Origin: Antedon mediterranea
Taxonomy: Eukaryota > Animalia > Echinodermata
Direction: 5' to 3'
Length of the DNA: 64,000 nt
Assembly (NCBI RefSeq): GCF_964355755.1
Contig: NC_092670.1
Span: forward strand, 34,770,388 to 34,834,387
Part shown: piece by piece, positions 37,207 to 52,100 of the stretch
Position numbering within the stretch: position 1 is the first letter of the stretch
Layout of the letters: the number at the start of each line of letters is the position of its first letter
Notes under the pieces: generated by a model
Told to the model about the DNA's origin: nothing
The model's input: the letters and a program-made list of their open reading frames with translations, nothing else
Database searches by the model: none
Made by a program: the position numbers and the translations under genes

Positions 37207-37689
37207 AGGGAGGTTTCGCAACCTTACGAATACGATAACGAAAACGTCATACATTTGTGAAACTTTTGAGCTGATCACCATTTCATATTCGTAAAGCGTA
37301 TTCGTGTTGACTAATATCACCAGTCATATTCGTAACTACAAAACGAGTATAGTTTTTGATCTATTTGCACATTTTGCATTTGAATCAGGAATGATTCATG
37401 ATTATAATATAATTATAGATTTATTGAAAGTAATTTACTAAAGTAATTTACTAAAATGCCAGGTCAATTTTGATAAATAGCAGTTTTTAAAGTCGTCACT
37501 CGGCCTAGGCAGCCAAGCACCAAGCAACACGTACCTTCGCCGGCTCAAATTTACCGCAGTCATATTTTGGACGCGCCTCAATATTTCGTTGCCATGCGAA
37601 ACAGATTTTTTTATGGCTTACGAAAACGAATATGTGTGCGTGACGTATCCGTTTTCGTTATCGTATTCGTAAGATTGCGAAACCTCTCT
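37207..37689. mobile_element. PIF/Harbinger-like MITE
   Basis: ~40-bp TIR agggaggtttcgcaaccttacgaatacgataacgaaaacg; 3-bp TSD aat. Confidence 0.8.
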
Positions 37690-39177
37690 AATATTGCAGC
37701 ACAATTTTTTTTACATACGTCAGCAGTTATATTTAAACTTTATTTTTGATTAGTAAGTATTGTATTAATTTGAAAAACCATAAAAATTGTAGATCATCAT
37801 ACTATATATATGTTGTAATATAATTTTGTGTGTATATGCATGCGGTCGACGTTTATTTGAGAAAATACTTTTATTTGAAAAGGGAAGCGGGGTTCTGTTT
37901 ATTCCAAACAAAAACAATTTTCTATAGGGACGTTTATTCTAAACAAATAAATACGGTAGCACATACAGTAACTAGTAATTTTTATGTGCTGGATCAAACA
38001 TAATTATAACTCTCCCAGACTCTTTAATAATAGGCACCTTTTCTAGATCAGAATGTTCTTGTTTAACAGGGTCTATAAAAGGATTTTTTAGAATGTCAGA
38101 CATTTTACGGAAGCCCAATAGTTTTGTGAGAGTTGACTTTAAAATAAATAATAATGTAATGTAAATAAATAACTTTAGAAGTGATTTAGAAATTAAAATT
38201 TTCACTCACAGTTTGACTTTTTTTATAAAATAATATGTACGAACTACAAAAAGCTCAGAAAGATAAACAATTTGTTTTATTTTCTACTTATTTATTTATA
38301 ATTTTAAATAGTTTATCACTTTAATACTGGTCTAATAGTAGATGACCATATAAGGAAATATTTTTCATAATCCGGCCTCAAAACCAAACAAGGAAGCACA
38401 TGAGTATTGTATTCAAAACAATTGATTTTACAGAAATCAGCTAAAACAACAACACACATACAAATTACCGCAATTTGATAAATTTCTGGAAACTAATCGG
38501 GAAGAGATTAAATTTTAAAATTGTTATTGTTATTTCATTTTTCCATTGAGGAAATTTTTTTTTTAAAAACCAAAATGATTGAAAACTGCACAACATGCTA
38601 TTTTTATCGAAAAAAAAGAAAGAAAATGAAGTAGTAATAATGGGAGAGAAATAGGTTGTACTATGCAAGCCAACAATTATAATATGTTTGAGATGTAATT
38701 GTCCCCTGAAAAAATAATTTTTTTTTGAATATGCCATTTTATTGTAACATAATAGTTGAAAACAAAAATGTATTTATCTGAAAAAAATTTATTTTAAAAG
38801 CAAAAAAATAGTCAAACTGTCTGACAATGGGTTTTTGGTTAAATTGAACAATTTATTTTGTCTTTTTATAAGGGAAAACATTATTTGTTTTTTTTACAGA
38901 AGTGATTAACTTTATTAAAACTACATAGTAGTCTATTCAAAGTCTGATTTTATTAACCTTCATTTTCCATGTTTTTGGGGGATAATACATCTTTAATCAA
39001 TACTTTACAACATAATATATTGTAATCTAGAGACTTGATTTTACAGTTATACTAAAAACAAAACAAATATTAAATAAAAAAACACAATATATAAATTTCT
39101 GATAATATATTTTGCAAAGTCAATTACTGCTTTTGCACCACACACTTCAATTAACCTACATCCCTGATTTCTAATTA

Positions 39178-40410
39178 TTATTTTTTAAAGATATCTTTAA
39201 GCGATGAAAACATAACAGATACGTGCGTCATATCACAATACGGTGGGTTACTTGTCTGTTTACATTGACATAAAAGGACGGACTTGCTTTGATCAAACTT
39301 TAATCTGATTGGTTTAAATTCTGTTCCTTTGTGACTCCCATCGCAGAATGGCTGAAACAGAAAAGCAAGAATGATATTGTTAAGCTCTATCTGCATTATC
39401 AAACTTTATGTGACAAAAAAAATGGGAAGTGCCCATATATGGAAATGATGTCATACCACTAGCATATCACACTTTTTTTGTCAAACTAGTGTAAACATAT
39501 TCTTTTCTGTAATTCAAAAAACAAACTCAAACATGTTAAATTGTGGAAAAAATACTGCGCCTTTTCCTGGTCAGTTGCTGTTCTTTGAAATGCCCTTCCA
39601 AACTCAATCAGGAAAGCCGAATCACTCGCCACATTCAAACAACTCCTCAAATCCCACATTTTTAATTTGTACTTTCAACATTAATTCATTTTGAGCTTTT
39701 TACATTTTCTGTTGATTGTTCAGCGCTTAGAGATGCCCTGAATTTTGCTCTATATAAATTGAACATTATCAAATGTTTAATCTTTGTTTAGTACCTGTTT
39801 TTTACTTAGACCGCATGCACACCAGGAATATCGTTTGTTTGCTTCTAATTTCTTGAAAGCTGGTATTTTTTTTGCAATGTATGTTCCTTTAATTCCCTTC
39901 TTCAGTTCTGTTGTACTTGAATTCACCTACAAAAATGTATGCATTTTTAACAAAATATTGCTAGGCCTAGGCTATACCTTCTGTATTGCTGTACCTTCAT
40001 TATTAATTATAAAGTGTATTTATCTGTTAACAATTTATTGGCAAATTGTTAAGTATAACCATTTAGTTTTGTGGTGGTGTAATAATCCGAAGTGGCCCAA
40101 ATCATCTGGCCTTTTGTCCACCACTGGTATAGCTAGGTTATCTCACTGTAGTACTAGATAGTTGAGTTTAGCTAGCTAAAATCAGGAGCTAGGCCTAGAT
40201 ACGTCTAGTCTAGGCTAGAGGGAGGGCTATTTAGTATTCGCCATTAGTAATAAAGAGTATAGGGCTAGGCCCTAGCCCTATAGGCCTGGTCATGGTAGAG
40301 ACATTATCAACAGAACATTCACCTTTCCACCAACTTACATAGGGTTGTCTGAATAATGAACATATTCTTGGTTTTATTACTAAACAATTTAACCTAAAGG
40401 ATAATGCCAT
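39178..40410 (-). CDS. CISD3: CDGSH iron-sulfur domain protein 3 (exons 40410-40339, 39926-39795, 39351-39178)
   Basis: Two CDGSH-type motifs, WCACGLSKKQPFCDGSH and LCQCKQTSNPPYCDMTH; phase-0 splice sites; basic N-terminal presequence. Confidence 0.9.
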
Positions 40411-40689
40411 ACTAGTCCTATTTTAGTGTTTAAACTAGAGATTGTTTTGGCTCCTTCTTCGTGCAAGAAGAGATGGGAAAAATGTGCAACGAAGCATGTC
40501 GTGTTTACATTTCGTATACGAGGTCAACTAAAAGGTGAATCTAATTTGCATATATATCCGGTTTGTTTTCCTTGGCAACAACAAAACACCAATTTTGCAT
40601 ATGGATGGGTGATGAAGAAACAAATATCTCGTAAACTACAGTAACTATAGATTGATTAACTTAACACAAAACTTGCATTATTCCTCAAG
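40411..40689. promoter_or_regulatory. Short bidirectional promoter region CISD3/SPAG6 with an X-box-like site
   Basis: Divergent ATGs 280 bp apart; gttttccttggcaac at 40565-40579 resembles the RFX X-box. Confidence 0.55.
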
Positions 40690-43600
40690 ATGAGTTCTAG
40701 ACAAATTTTACAAGGTAAGTGTATCTAGATTTTGCTAGGGCTATTGGTAGGCTCTTTTTCCGTAATAAAAACCCATGCAACAAGTTTTAGTAAGTCAGGC
40801 AGGCTAGACAGGCCCATCACCTCCACATCGCATGCATTTTTTCATGGATGGCCGATGGCCGGCTGCCTCCAGTGCGTGTGGAGCGCTAGTCTTTGGCCAA
40901 GCTGTAGTAGGCCTAGGCCTACATTGAAGACTGTCTGGAATTTTAACCCATCTAATAATTTGTGTTAAATACAATACAATAAAAAAACTTATTTATATTA
41001 ATTAATTGAGAAGAATAAATTAAATGTGAAGTAGAAAGTGAAATGAAGAAAGAAAGAAGTTTTTAAAATTGTATTTTATTTATTTAAAAAATGTGGGTTT
41101 GTTTGTTTTCCTTCTATTTTAGTGTTTGAACAGTATCAGAAATCAAGAACAACATTTGTACAGACTGTTGCTGAACTTGCATCACGGCCACAGAATATAG
41201 AAACACTACAAAATGCAGGTTTGTCTGATATACTTAATAAATAGGCCTATAATGCACTTGTCAATTGTATGACCCACTATACGACCCCCGGGAGAGGTGC
41301 GTCATTTGTCCGATGTGTGTCATACTTTTGACCATGACGCACCCGTGCGTAAAAAAGGTGACTTGCCTTTAGGTGACCATGACGCACCCATTTTGACGCA
41401 CTGTGACCATGTTGTTTATGATATGGTGGGTGGTAAAGTGACGGACATTGACGCACCTTGTTCATTGATGTGACGTACCATCTAGGTTTTTTGACGCACC
41501 CCTGCGTCAGTAATTATTTGTAAATGACGCACCCATGACGCACCTCTCCCGGGGGTCGTATAGTGAGTCATACAATTGACAAGTGCATAATAGAACATAT
41601 TTCCTTAGATTAAAATTTCATATGCATTGATTGGAAATTGGACATAAAAAATGTTTATATATTTTAAGACTTATGAGTATGACCCAATTTTTGACAATGG
41701 CGTGATTCATTTTCAATTGTTATGTTTCAGGTGTTATGTCTCTATTGCGTCCACTTCTGCTGGACGTTGTGCCCACCATTCAACAGACGGCAGCACTAGC
41801 ATTGGGTAGGTTAGCTAACTATAATGATGACCTAGCAGAGGCCGTAGTAAAAGGCGACATCCTGCCACAGCTTGTGTACTCATTAGCTGAACAGAATGTA
41901 AGTAAAATCATCTTTTTATGGCTGTTTTTGACACCCTCCTATTGTTACTTAATTACATTTACATCATGATTTTTAGAAGTTTTAAACCAAAATATTTCTT
42001 ATTTTACAGAGATTTTACAAAAAAGCAGCAGCATTTGTGCTCAGAGCAGTGGCTAAGCACTCGCCCCAGCTAGCCCAGTCAGTTGTGGACTGTGGTGCCT
42101 TAGATGCATTGGTTATATGCCTTGAAGAGTTTGATCCTGGTGTCAAAGAAGCTGCCTCATGGGCTTTAGGCTACATTGCCAGGCACAATGCAGGTACATG
42201 CACTTACCGTTTGACCAAGTTATAAGTACATAACTTGTGATGAATAGGAACTAGTTGTACTATATGTCATGTCAATTCAGAATTATTGTCTGAATGTGAA
42301 GACATGCTTCCTCTCTTAATCCATTGACACAGTTTTAGTTAATTCTATGTATTTATTCAGGTGACCAATACAACAATGCGTAGGTCAAATCGTAAGCTCT
42401 CTATTTTTTATAATTATGACCAAAAAGCTAAATATTACTCTATCGCTACTCAAACATCATGTCATTTGAAATTTTTTTGTGTATAATTTTTGAATTGTGA
42501 TTTATTGTAAATAAGACTTCTATTTTTGTACAGTGCTTTAATCTCTGAGAAAAGAACTATATATTATAAATCACAATAATAATAATAATAATAACTGGGC
42601 CCTCTAAAAAGATAACTGGGCCCTCTGGGAAACCAGTCTTTGACTGAAAAGGTTGCCCAGTATAAATAAAATATTTCAATCAATGATAATAAAGTCAATA
42701 TAGAAAATCCTTAATTCTTCCCTGTAGAACTTGCACAATCTGTAGTGGATGCCGGTGCTGTGCCTCTTCTTGTGTTATGCATCCAGGAACCAGAGCTGTC
42801 TCTAAAACGCATTGCAGCATCTGCACTCAGTGACATCTCCAAACACTCACCAGAACTAGCACAGACAGTTGTGGATGCTGGTGCTATCGCTCACTTGGCA
42901 CAAATGATCCTAAATCCTGATGCAAAGCTCAAGGTATCTATTTGGTGTTTTTAAATAATATAATATATTATTGAAAAAGCCTTTTGAATAACCACACTAA
43001 AGAAAGGGCTTTTTCTAAGGAACTCTACTATACTGTCCTAAAAATGATTTATCTATAAATAAATAATTGTGCCTTTTCTACAAAGCCTATCTATTACAAT
43101 AAGATAAAAAAATGTTTTTAATGCCCAGATTTTTTTTATTCATTTATCATCATCGTCCCTTACAGTATCATGTAGAATATAAATAATCATAAAGTTGTTA
43201 TGTCTTTGTAGCGACAAGTCTTCTCAGCCCTCAGCCAGATCTCAAAACATTCGGTAGACTTAGCCGAGATGGTGGTTGAAGCTGAAATCTTCCCCGCTGT
43301 GCTAACTTGCCTTAAAGATCGCGATGAGTATGTGTGCAAGAATGTGGCTACTCTGATCCGCGAGATTGCCAAGCATACGCCAGAGTTGTCGCAATTGATT
43401 GTGAATGCAGGTGGCGTTGCAGCGGTGGTTGACTATATCGGTGATTGCAAAGGCAACGTTCGTCTTCCTGGTGTTATGATGCTGGGGTACGTTGCAGCCC
43501 ATTCCGAAAATCTTGCTATGGCAGTTATAGTGTCAAAGGTAACATTTATTTTTTATTTTTGGCACGTTGCCAAGGATAACCATTTGTTATTTCATTCTCT

Positions 43601-44673
43601 GTCCTCTAAGTTGGCACAAGTTCACAGGACAAACATATATACAAGATTTCTACATAACAAGTCTTTAGGAGTGTCATATGAAGTTTGTTAGTGTATTAGT
43701 GATAGTGTAATCATATTTTACTTTTTCAGGGTGTAACTCAACTTGCAATAACACTAGCTGAGGAACCTGAAGATCACATTCAGGCAGCAGCTGCCTGGGC
43801 CTTGGGACAGATCGGCAGACATACCCCAGAACATGCTAAGGCTGTTGCTGTTGCTAATGTACTACCTAGGCTTCTTCAGTGCTACCTCAAACATGATGCT
43901 TCAGAAGACCTACAAACTAAGGTACAGTATAATGATTAATGTTAAAACATGGATAATTCTCTATGGTTAAAATAAATGTGATGATGACATCATCAATTTG
44001 TCTTTTGGATATGTGATAAATTAAAAAGTTTTTTTTTACAATCTGTAGGCTAAGAAAGCCCTGAAAAACATACTCCAGAAATGCGTGCATCTGCCTGCTC
44101 TTGAGCCACTTCTGCACGACGCCCCACCAAACATTCTCAAACACGTCGTCGGCCAATTCAGCAAGGTTCTGCCACACGACACCAAAGCTCGCCGATTGTT
44201 TGTCACCAGTGGTGGCTTGAAGAAAGTACAAGAAATCAAATCCGAACCTGGAAGCGCCCTCGCTGAGTACATTAACACAATAAATAACTGCTACCCTGAA
44301 GAGATTGTTCGGTAAGAGAAAGTTTGTTTTAGTTGTTTTTTAGTTGTTAAGTAAAGCTCTGTGTACACTATCAAACTAGTTTGACAAAAAAATGTATGTT
44401 CCCAAATATGGTAGTGATATGCCCAAATATGGTAGTCATCATGTTCATAAATGAGCACAGCACATTTTTTGTCACATAAAGTTTGATAGTGTAGACAGAG
44501 CTTAAGAGAATATTTGTTAGTTTTTTTTTATTAGTACAGTACATCTGAATGCGTTTAGTATACTGTATTATGAAATTTAATTATTTTTTTTGTCTTCGTT
44601 GCTTAGGTACTATTCTCCAGGATATTCAGAACAGCTTCTAGACCGAGTTGAGCATTATCAACCTGTTGCCTAG
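40690..44673 (+). CDS. SPAG6: Sperm-associated antigen 6 (PF16 homolog, armadillo repeats), multi-exon
   Basis: MSSRQILQVFEQYQKSRTTFVQTVAELASRPQNIETLQNAGVMSLLRPLLLD...YYSPGYSEQLLDRVEHYQPVA*. Confidence 0.96.
41250..41590. mobile_element. MITE in SPAG6 intron 2
   Basis: ~55-bp TIR atgcacttgtcaattgtatgacccactatacgacccccgggagaggtgcgtcat; internal tgacgcac repeats. Confidence 0.85.
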
Positions 44674-45258
44674 CAACATATACAAACACCCAGTAACACC
44701 AAACCTTGTAAAAATAACTTTTTATGTATTAACGATTTCAATGATTGAAAATAAATAAGATAATCTATGTAAACATTGTGTATATATTTTATTTTTCCAA
44801 CACTTTTAATTAAAAATAAGAATGTATTTAATGGTTAGAGGCTAGTTATGTACTGTATACCCTAATGTTGTTCAAATATTAAAAACGGCAACAAATATGT
44901 TTCATAAAATAAATATTTTTTTCAATAAAGACCTATCAAATTATGTTTCGAGACATGATGGTCATAAGTTATTTATTTTGAAAAAAAAAGTTATTTTTTT
45001 GTAAACATTTACACTATATTCAACATGCCTTACCTTAGGCAGTTTTAAATTTATTTTCAAATAGTTCAGGAAAATTCACAAAGTACCTGTCTGTAGAATG
45101 GAAAAGAGATGTGGTAGGCATTATTATTGACAATATGGTTGTTTTTATTGGTAAAAATAAATTTGGAAATCTGGTTTTGGGAGAGTTGTAGACTCAATTC
45201 AATAATATGTATTCTGTAATTTACTGATTGTCATAAAGTTTGTTTCATGAATAAATTG

Positions 45259-45503
45259 TTTATGAATGTGCACTTGTTCAGTGTGTCCCTTAAAAAAATT
45301 GAAATGTATGAATGTGCACTTGTTCAGTGTGTCCCTTAAAAAATCAAGTTTATGCATGTGCACTTGTTCAGTGTGTCCCTTAAAAAATCAAGTTTATGCA
45401 TGTGCACTTGTTCAGTGTGTCCCTTAAAAAAAATCAAGTTTATGCATGTGCACTTGTTCAGTGTGTCCCTTAAAAAATCAAGTTTATGCATGTGCACTTG
45501 TTC
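45259..45503. repeat. ~44-bp minisatellite, about 5.5 copies
   Basis: atgtgcacttgttcagtgtgtcccttaaaaaatcaagtttatgc repeated. Confidence 0.9.
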
Positions 45504-46106
45504 ATTACAGGCACAAGACATGAAATTTGTGACATCAATTGTAATAAACGATTTTGAAAAAAAAGATTTTTGTCAAATTGTTTATACAAAACTTATTACC
45601 CTTTGTATACTCCCTTTTTATTGACAGTTATTCTTTGGTCATGCAAGTCACTCTAGTCTTCCGAATAAATCAAGGAAAAAACCGTATATGCATGCAGCAT
45701 CTGAAGCAATCGACTGCTTACTACTACTACTAGGGCAACAAACAAAACTACTACAGTTATACTGTACTTTTGTGTACAATTTTTAATTGCTATAAATATT
45801 CACAAATACATAAGATTGTTATTCAAATCCTATTTCAGGCCATAAAGGCCTTGAATTCCGACTTATGAGATTTAATAAAATTATAAAAGATATAGTTAAT
45901 TTACAGCCTAGGCTTTTCGTCAGATTTCAGCTCCTGCTAGATACTGTTACAAAAGGTAGTCAATTCAGTCAATGTCAATTCTACTCTGTTCACAATATGA
46001 TTCTGTTATCATGGGGTTGTGGCTGAAAAGCACTAGTGACATTTCTTGGAACATGTAAAAGCTTTTTGAAACTTGTATTATTTTCATAAGTTGTGTACCG
46101 CAGAGT

Positions 46107-49100
46107 TTAATCCATTCTTCCTTTTAATGTTCTTGTTGTTACCTTGTCATTTTCACTACATAAAAAAAAAGTAAAATATATTAGAACAATTTGTATTTAT
46201 CATGGCCAGCAAGCCCATCCAGTTTGTGTCAACAACATGACAAGTTTGATTAAATCAAATTTATTCCGATCCTTATTATTGAAACATAAGCTTACATAAT
46301 ATGTACAACAGCTCCCCAACCAGATACTGCATCTCGGTCCACCGCGTTAAGTAATGCTTGAGAAATTGTTTCAAATAAATCATCTGGTTCCTAAAAACAA
46401 ATTAAGTCATGATTAACAGAAATGAATAACTTTTAGTTAGGTCTCACATCTAGCTAGGCCTAGATTAGTCTAGGCCTAGCTAGTGACCACTACGTGAATA
46501 AAGTAGGCAAATGAAGGCTCTACTGCACAGTAAATTATCTCCAATTCCATACTTTGTTGGATGTGTAATTTAAATGTTTCGTTAACTTACTAGATCAGGT
46601 ACCCATAGGGATTCACACATTCCATAAAGCTGTTCAGAACAGGTGCCCGACACTACAAAATCGTCGGTAAACATAGGGCATCCAATGAGGTCTAGGTTAC
46701 AGATGAATGGTTCCGATGTTGTGGGATGAAGTCCAGCGATAACAGGCTCAATAAAGTATGGTCCAAACCTTTGAAGTAAATCATAAAAGTCAATATTTAC
46801 GTATATTTAATACGTTTTGGTTGTGTGACTGTTTAACTAAGAAAATTTCTTTTTAATTCTGGTTCCCAGTTCATGAGGTAAAAAAAATATTTGATTTTTT
46901 TGGTGTTCCTAACATCCCTCTTTGTCACAAGCTTTGTTTGGATATATTGTACATTGTTTATCTTAAGCTTTGTCTACACTATCAAACTTTATGTGACAAA
47001 AAAATGTGTTGATGTATGTGCCTATATGGACATGATGTCGTCATATCACTACCATATTTAGGAATATCAAAACCATATTTGTGGGCTCATCACACTTATT
47101 TTGTCAAACTAGTTTGATACTGTAGACAGATGCTTAAGTTATTGATTTATATTGTTGCATTATGTATTTTATTTAATTTATAGACAACCTATTATTAGTC
47201 GGATCTACTAATTGTTTTATCATTAATTCATCAAAATTATTATTTTAATAATAATCATTAAACCAGTACCTTCTTTCATATAAAAGATTTGAAACCATAT
47301 TCATAAATGTCTTGGGTTTAATTTCTCGGTTTTCACGTAGTTGATACATGTTTAAGCGGAATTTTAACCTATTTGCACTGAAAAAAAATTATTATTAAAA
47401 ATTATTATTATCATATAAAAGATTTTAACCTATTTGCGCTGAAAAAAAGTAAAACAATTTGATGAAGAATTAGCACATTTGACATTATAAACATATTATA
47501 ATTATAATATTAGTGTATGAGTAAAAATGTAAATAATTTCATTTTTTATCAATTTTATTGAATGTAATTTCTTACACTGTCTGTACATCTGTAGCTAAAC
47601 CTGCAAGTCCAATGTAAAGTCGTGATCCCATCTCATAAATCTTTTGAAAGTCTGTTGACACTGTTTGTGCTTGGATTCCAAACCTTCTATCGGAGGCTAT
47701 TGCTACACAATTCTTCCCTCTCATTGCCACTATGGCCGCTCCATTGTATGACATAATACTCTAAAAAATAAAACAATACATTGCTGACAAATATTGGTGG
47801 TGCACATTCACTATTTTGGGATATTTTGGTACTTACTAGTAGGTACCTGCAACTTATGGTGACACGCCCCTTTTTGATGTCGCCAAAAAAGTGTGACCTG
47901 ATATTCAGTTCGCGCTGAAGGTCCTTTTTAAAAAAAATCTTTAAAATTACTTCTGGTGGGCTAATGATGACATTATTGGTACCAAAATGTCAACAGGAAG
48001 TTGTTCTACTGCTGGGAAATTTTTTCTTTTCTTTTCTGATGTTTATTTCATGAGTTACAACGATTCGAAAATATGCCTCATCAAAATACGTCTTTTTTTC
48101 ATAAAAAGTGAGTTAGTCCATTATTTTCATGTTTCAGTCCATATACTACATGCTATTACGATTATTTTGACATAAGTTTTGTGTATATTGATAGATGTTA
48201 CAATGGAATTTTTAGATGTTGAAATTTTGTATTTTTTCGACATGTTTACCTAGCATAGCATAGCAAACGCAGGGATGTATCTCCCTGGTTAAAGAATAGG
48301 CCTTTGACGGTCTATGTCGACTCCTTTGTATACATAATATATTTCACTCTAAATATGTTTTAAAAAGTAGGAAATAAAAATAAAACAATGTTTGATTAGA
48401 ATACAGCGATTTTAAAAGATTGCAAATAAATATTTTTCATTAATAACAATAACCCGTATGAATATTAGTACGCTAGGTTGTCAGTTTACAATGCGGCCAA
48501 TCAGAGTGTGTGTTTTTACCCAAGCTGGTGTAGATTATGATTTTTATTGTCTATTGTCCATTTAAACTTTGACCCTTAATTTTTTGTTTTTTCATCTGGT
48601 TGAATTGCTTGTACAGTATTTCGTTATCTTTCACTTATTTATAACAACACATTCTTTAACTAAAAAAAAATAAATTTATTTGTTTAAAAAAATATATATA
48701 GTTAAATATGCTAAATATATATTATTTTAATGTACAGTTGTTGTGACGATCCATAGTATGGAGGAACCACTGGGATTGACTCTGCTGCAATTTATCAGAC
48801 CGCACTATCTTGAGATACCAAGCGATGCAGGTTCGATTCGATACAAAACGGTCAAACTGGATCCACCATCTCAGAACCACAATCATCATCAACAGAAACC
48901 ATTACAGACCAAATATATTTTTAAAATTTGGTAAATTGTGAGGGGATATGCAGGGATTAGGTATATTGATGTAATGAGATACTTTGTAAATATGTACAGT
49001 ATATTGACAATGTATAGAAAATAAATTTAAAGAAAACTATTTTGTAAAAATACTTTATTTCATCATCGTTTTAAATTGTTGCAACTTTTTTTTATGTCTG

Positions 49101-52100
49101 TTTTTTATTGTTGTTTTAATCTACCAAGCAAAGTGAATTTCCATTTTTATGGACAAATAAAATTTCTTGAATCTTGAATCATACTACAGTGACCACACAT
49201 CACCATTAACAGGGCTGAAAGACAATATAATAGATAATAAATTAGACAAACTTAGACATTATACAAAACCTTTTTACGGAAACATGCAAGCGAATCAAGG
49301 AAAATATCAACAGAACCTTCAACTTTACACAGTGATTATAGGCCTTACGGCGAAGCTGAAATGATGCCTGGAAAAGCAATCCCGTTCCTCATCAAGCATA
49401 ATACTTTTTTACCACATATTCTGTTCTAAATAAATACTAATAGTACAAAAAGTAAAAGTTCCACAAAAAAATACCTGGCGTTTGGTAGAAAATTACCGTT
49501 AAAGTTGGTAAATATGCCAACGATTTCTTACGAAATAGCGAGGCTGAAACAACTGGTGGCGCACTATAACTAGACTGTACTATTATTATCACGGTTTATA
49601 AGAAATATATAGGCAAGTTATTTATTATCAAAATAGATTTATTCTTTATTTTTTTAAATAAATTTGGTGAATACAAATTTATATTAACTCTAAAATTGAA
49701 ATTTAGAGTTAATAATTATCCCCCGACATTAAAACATTTATAATTACAAATGGCTTCAACTGTTCGTATAATGGTTTCTCCCGACAGGTAGGCTATTAAT
49801 AGCAGTAGAAATACAGCAGCAATAATGCTAAGTTTATACCGTAGGATGTACATAGTGACTGATATGATTTAACTGTGAAACATATAGAACACATATTCCT
49901 AGTAATAAACACCAATGCAATAGTAAATTTAAATTATTAAATAAAATACAAACATCAAATATTTGTTTTGTTTCAATGTATTTGTATTTATTCTCATGGT
50001 TAATATTTTTCTTTATATTCTCATGGTTACACAATTTCTTTTAATGGTTACACAATTTCTTTATATTCTTATAGTTACTATTTTTCTTTATATTCTCATG
50101 GTTACAGTTTTTATTATTATATTCTCATGGTTACATTATTTATTTATATTCTCATGGTTACAGTTTTTATTATTATATTCTCATGGTTACATTATTTATT
50201 TATATTCTCATGGTTACAGTTTTTATTATTATATTCTCATGGTTATATTATTTATTTATATTCTCATGGTTTCCATTTTGTTTTCATTTTTTTTAAATCT
50301 TTTTTTTTATTCACATGCTCACAGTTTCTGTTTGCATAACCATGGTAGTGTTTCACATTGGTTATAGTGTAGGCCTATTACATTACAGTTACTTTTTATG
50401 ATGATTTTGTTGCATTCAAAACCGTATAAACTACAGTATATTTCATATTCATCTTCCTCATATAGTCTAATTCCTCATAGTCCAATTCATCATAGTCTAA
50501 TTCATCATCTTCAATGCCATAGTCTGGTGTGTCTTCTTTTTCTTCTTCTTCTTCTCTTGTCCTGTTTTCACACTCATCTCATTCACACTCGAACAGTTAA
50601 TCCTAGAGCAAGTGACTTTGGAGTCTGCCTTCTTCCTTTCCAAGGTACAGGATTTCCTGGCATATCGATAAAATTTTCGTTCGAGTTTCTTCAGTAACAT
50701 CTGAAAATGAGGTTTGTATAGTATCTTCTGCAGCACCAACACACTTTGCGATTAGATTAAACAACTCATATGGCACAATTTCAGATATGTCAACATCATT
50801 AATGTCTGCTGCTCTTGGAGGCCATTCACTCTGCATACCTTTGTTTGATTTGATGGCATTATTTACTATCGTACCTGCAAGTATATTTTATAGCATTCGA
50901 TGAATGAAACATAGTAATAATAAATTTATATAAAGCATATACTGTATTGTGTACAGCATTTATGATCGACACCACTTACTATCATAACAGTTTTGTTTTC
51001 TGAGTGCATACAGCTTTCACCTCTTTGATCCACAGCATTTCCTTAATTATGCAATAACATTTATTGTTGTTATTTAAAAATAAACCAATATATACAAGTT
51101 ATTGTATTTTAACCGTACCTGCAAAATATAGAGTCCTTAGTTTGTCTCTATTGTCACCATCAGTGGAGATTTTGTGTGTTGTAGAAGTAGTTGGAATATC
51201 TATGTCATACTCTGATGATTCATCTGTCTCCGTTGTACTTTTTCCTGATGACAAAAATGGATCAGCCACAAATCCAGGGGATACATTGCTAAAGTACACC
51301 AGAACTGATTCATTTCTAATTAAGAAAAAATAAACAAAATATTTAGTTTGACCAATCCACAAAAAGATTTTTTTTTAAATTATCCCTGGTGAAATAATCA
51401 TTTAATATAAACACACTAAGCAACTAACCTTCTTGTGGGTGAATGAAAAATTAGGTTAGGATAATCCATCCTGAGCTTCTTCTTTAATACGTCTGATCTA
51501 TAAATAACAGATTAATTGATTATAATTAATTGTTACACAGATACAATGAAGAAATTATTACAGTAACTGGATCTCAAAAATATTACAATTATTTCATCGT
51601 TTTTAAGAAGGGATCGACAGCCTACCTTATAGTTGACAAGTAAACATTTTCTGTTTTTTCAATTGATTTCATGAAAAGCTTTTGGAGTTTTGCGAGTCTT
51701 GGTATCTCCTGTCCATACTGTAACCGTTTATCAATTACATCTCTGCAAAATACCTTATAGCTTTGCTTATATGTTAAAAAAACACTTTCCAATTCCCTGT
51801 AAATAATAATAAATATTATTAAAATATATTTTAATATTTTATAGATTTTGGTGTTTAAAAATTCAACATTTAGACTGAAGCAAATAAAAAAAAATTCAAA
51901 ATGTAAATTCAAAAAACCAACAAGAGTTTTAGAAAGTTACGTTTTACTCACTTTCCAGAATATAGAGCCTATATTGGTATTTAACTAAAATTAATTGTGT
52001 AGCCTACTGAATAATATATACTGTATAATATAATATGGCCTAGGGCCTAGGCCTACGTAGTAGTACTGGTACTACAGTAGTAGAAAGCCCAATCAACAAC

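Noticed and set aside
47424-47447. Duplicated PSMB3 exon 3 acceptor as an alternative exon
   Set aside because: Only ~20 bp are copied and they run into AT-rich intron; no evidence of use.
49963-50367. Hydrophobic multi-TM-looking ORFs
   Set aside because: Translation of an AT-rich minisatellite.
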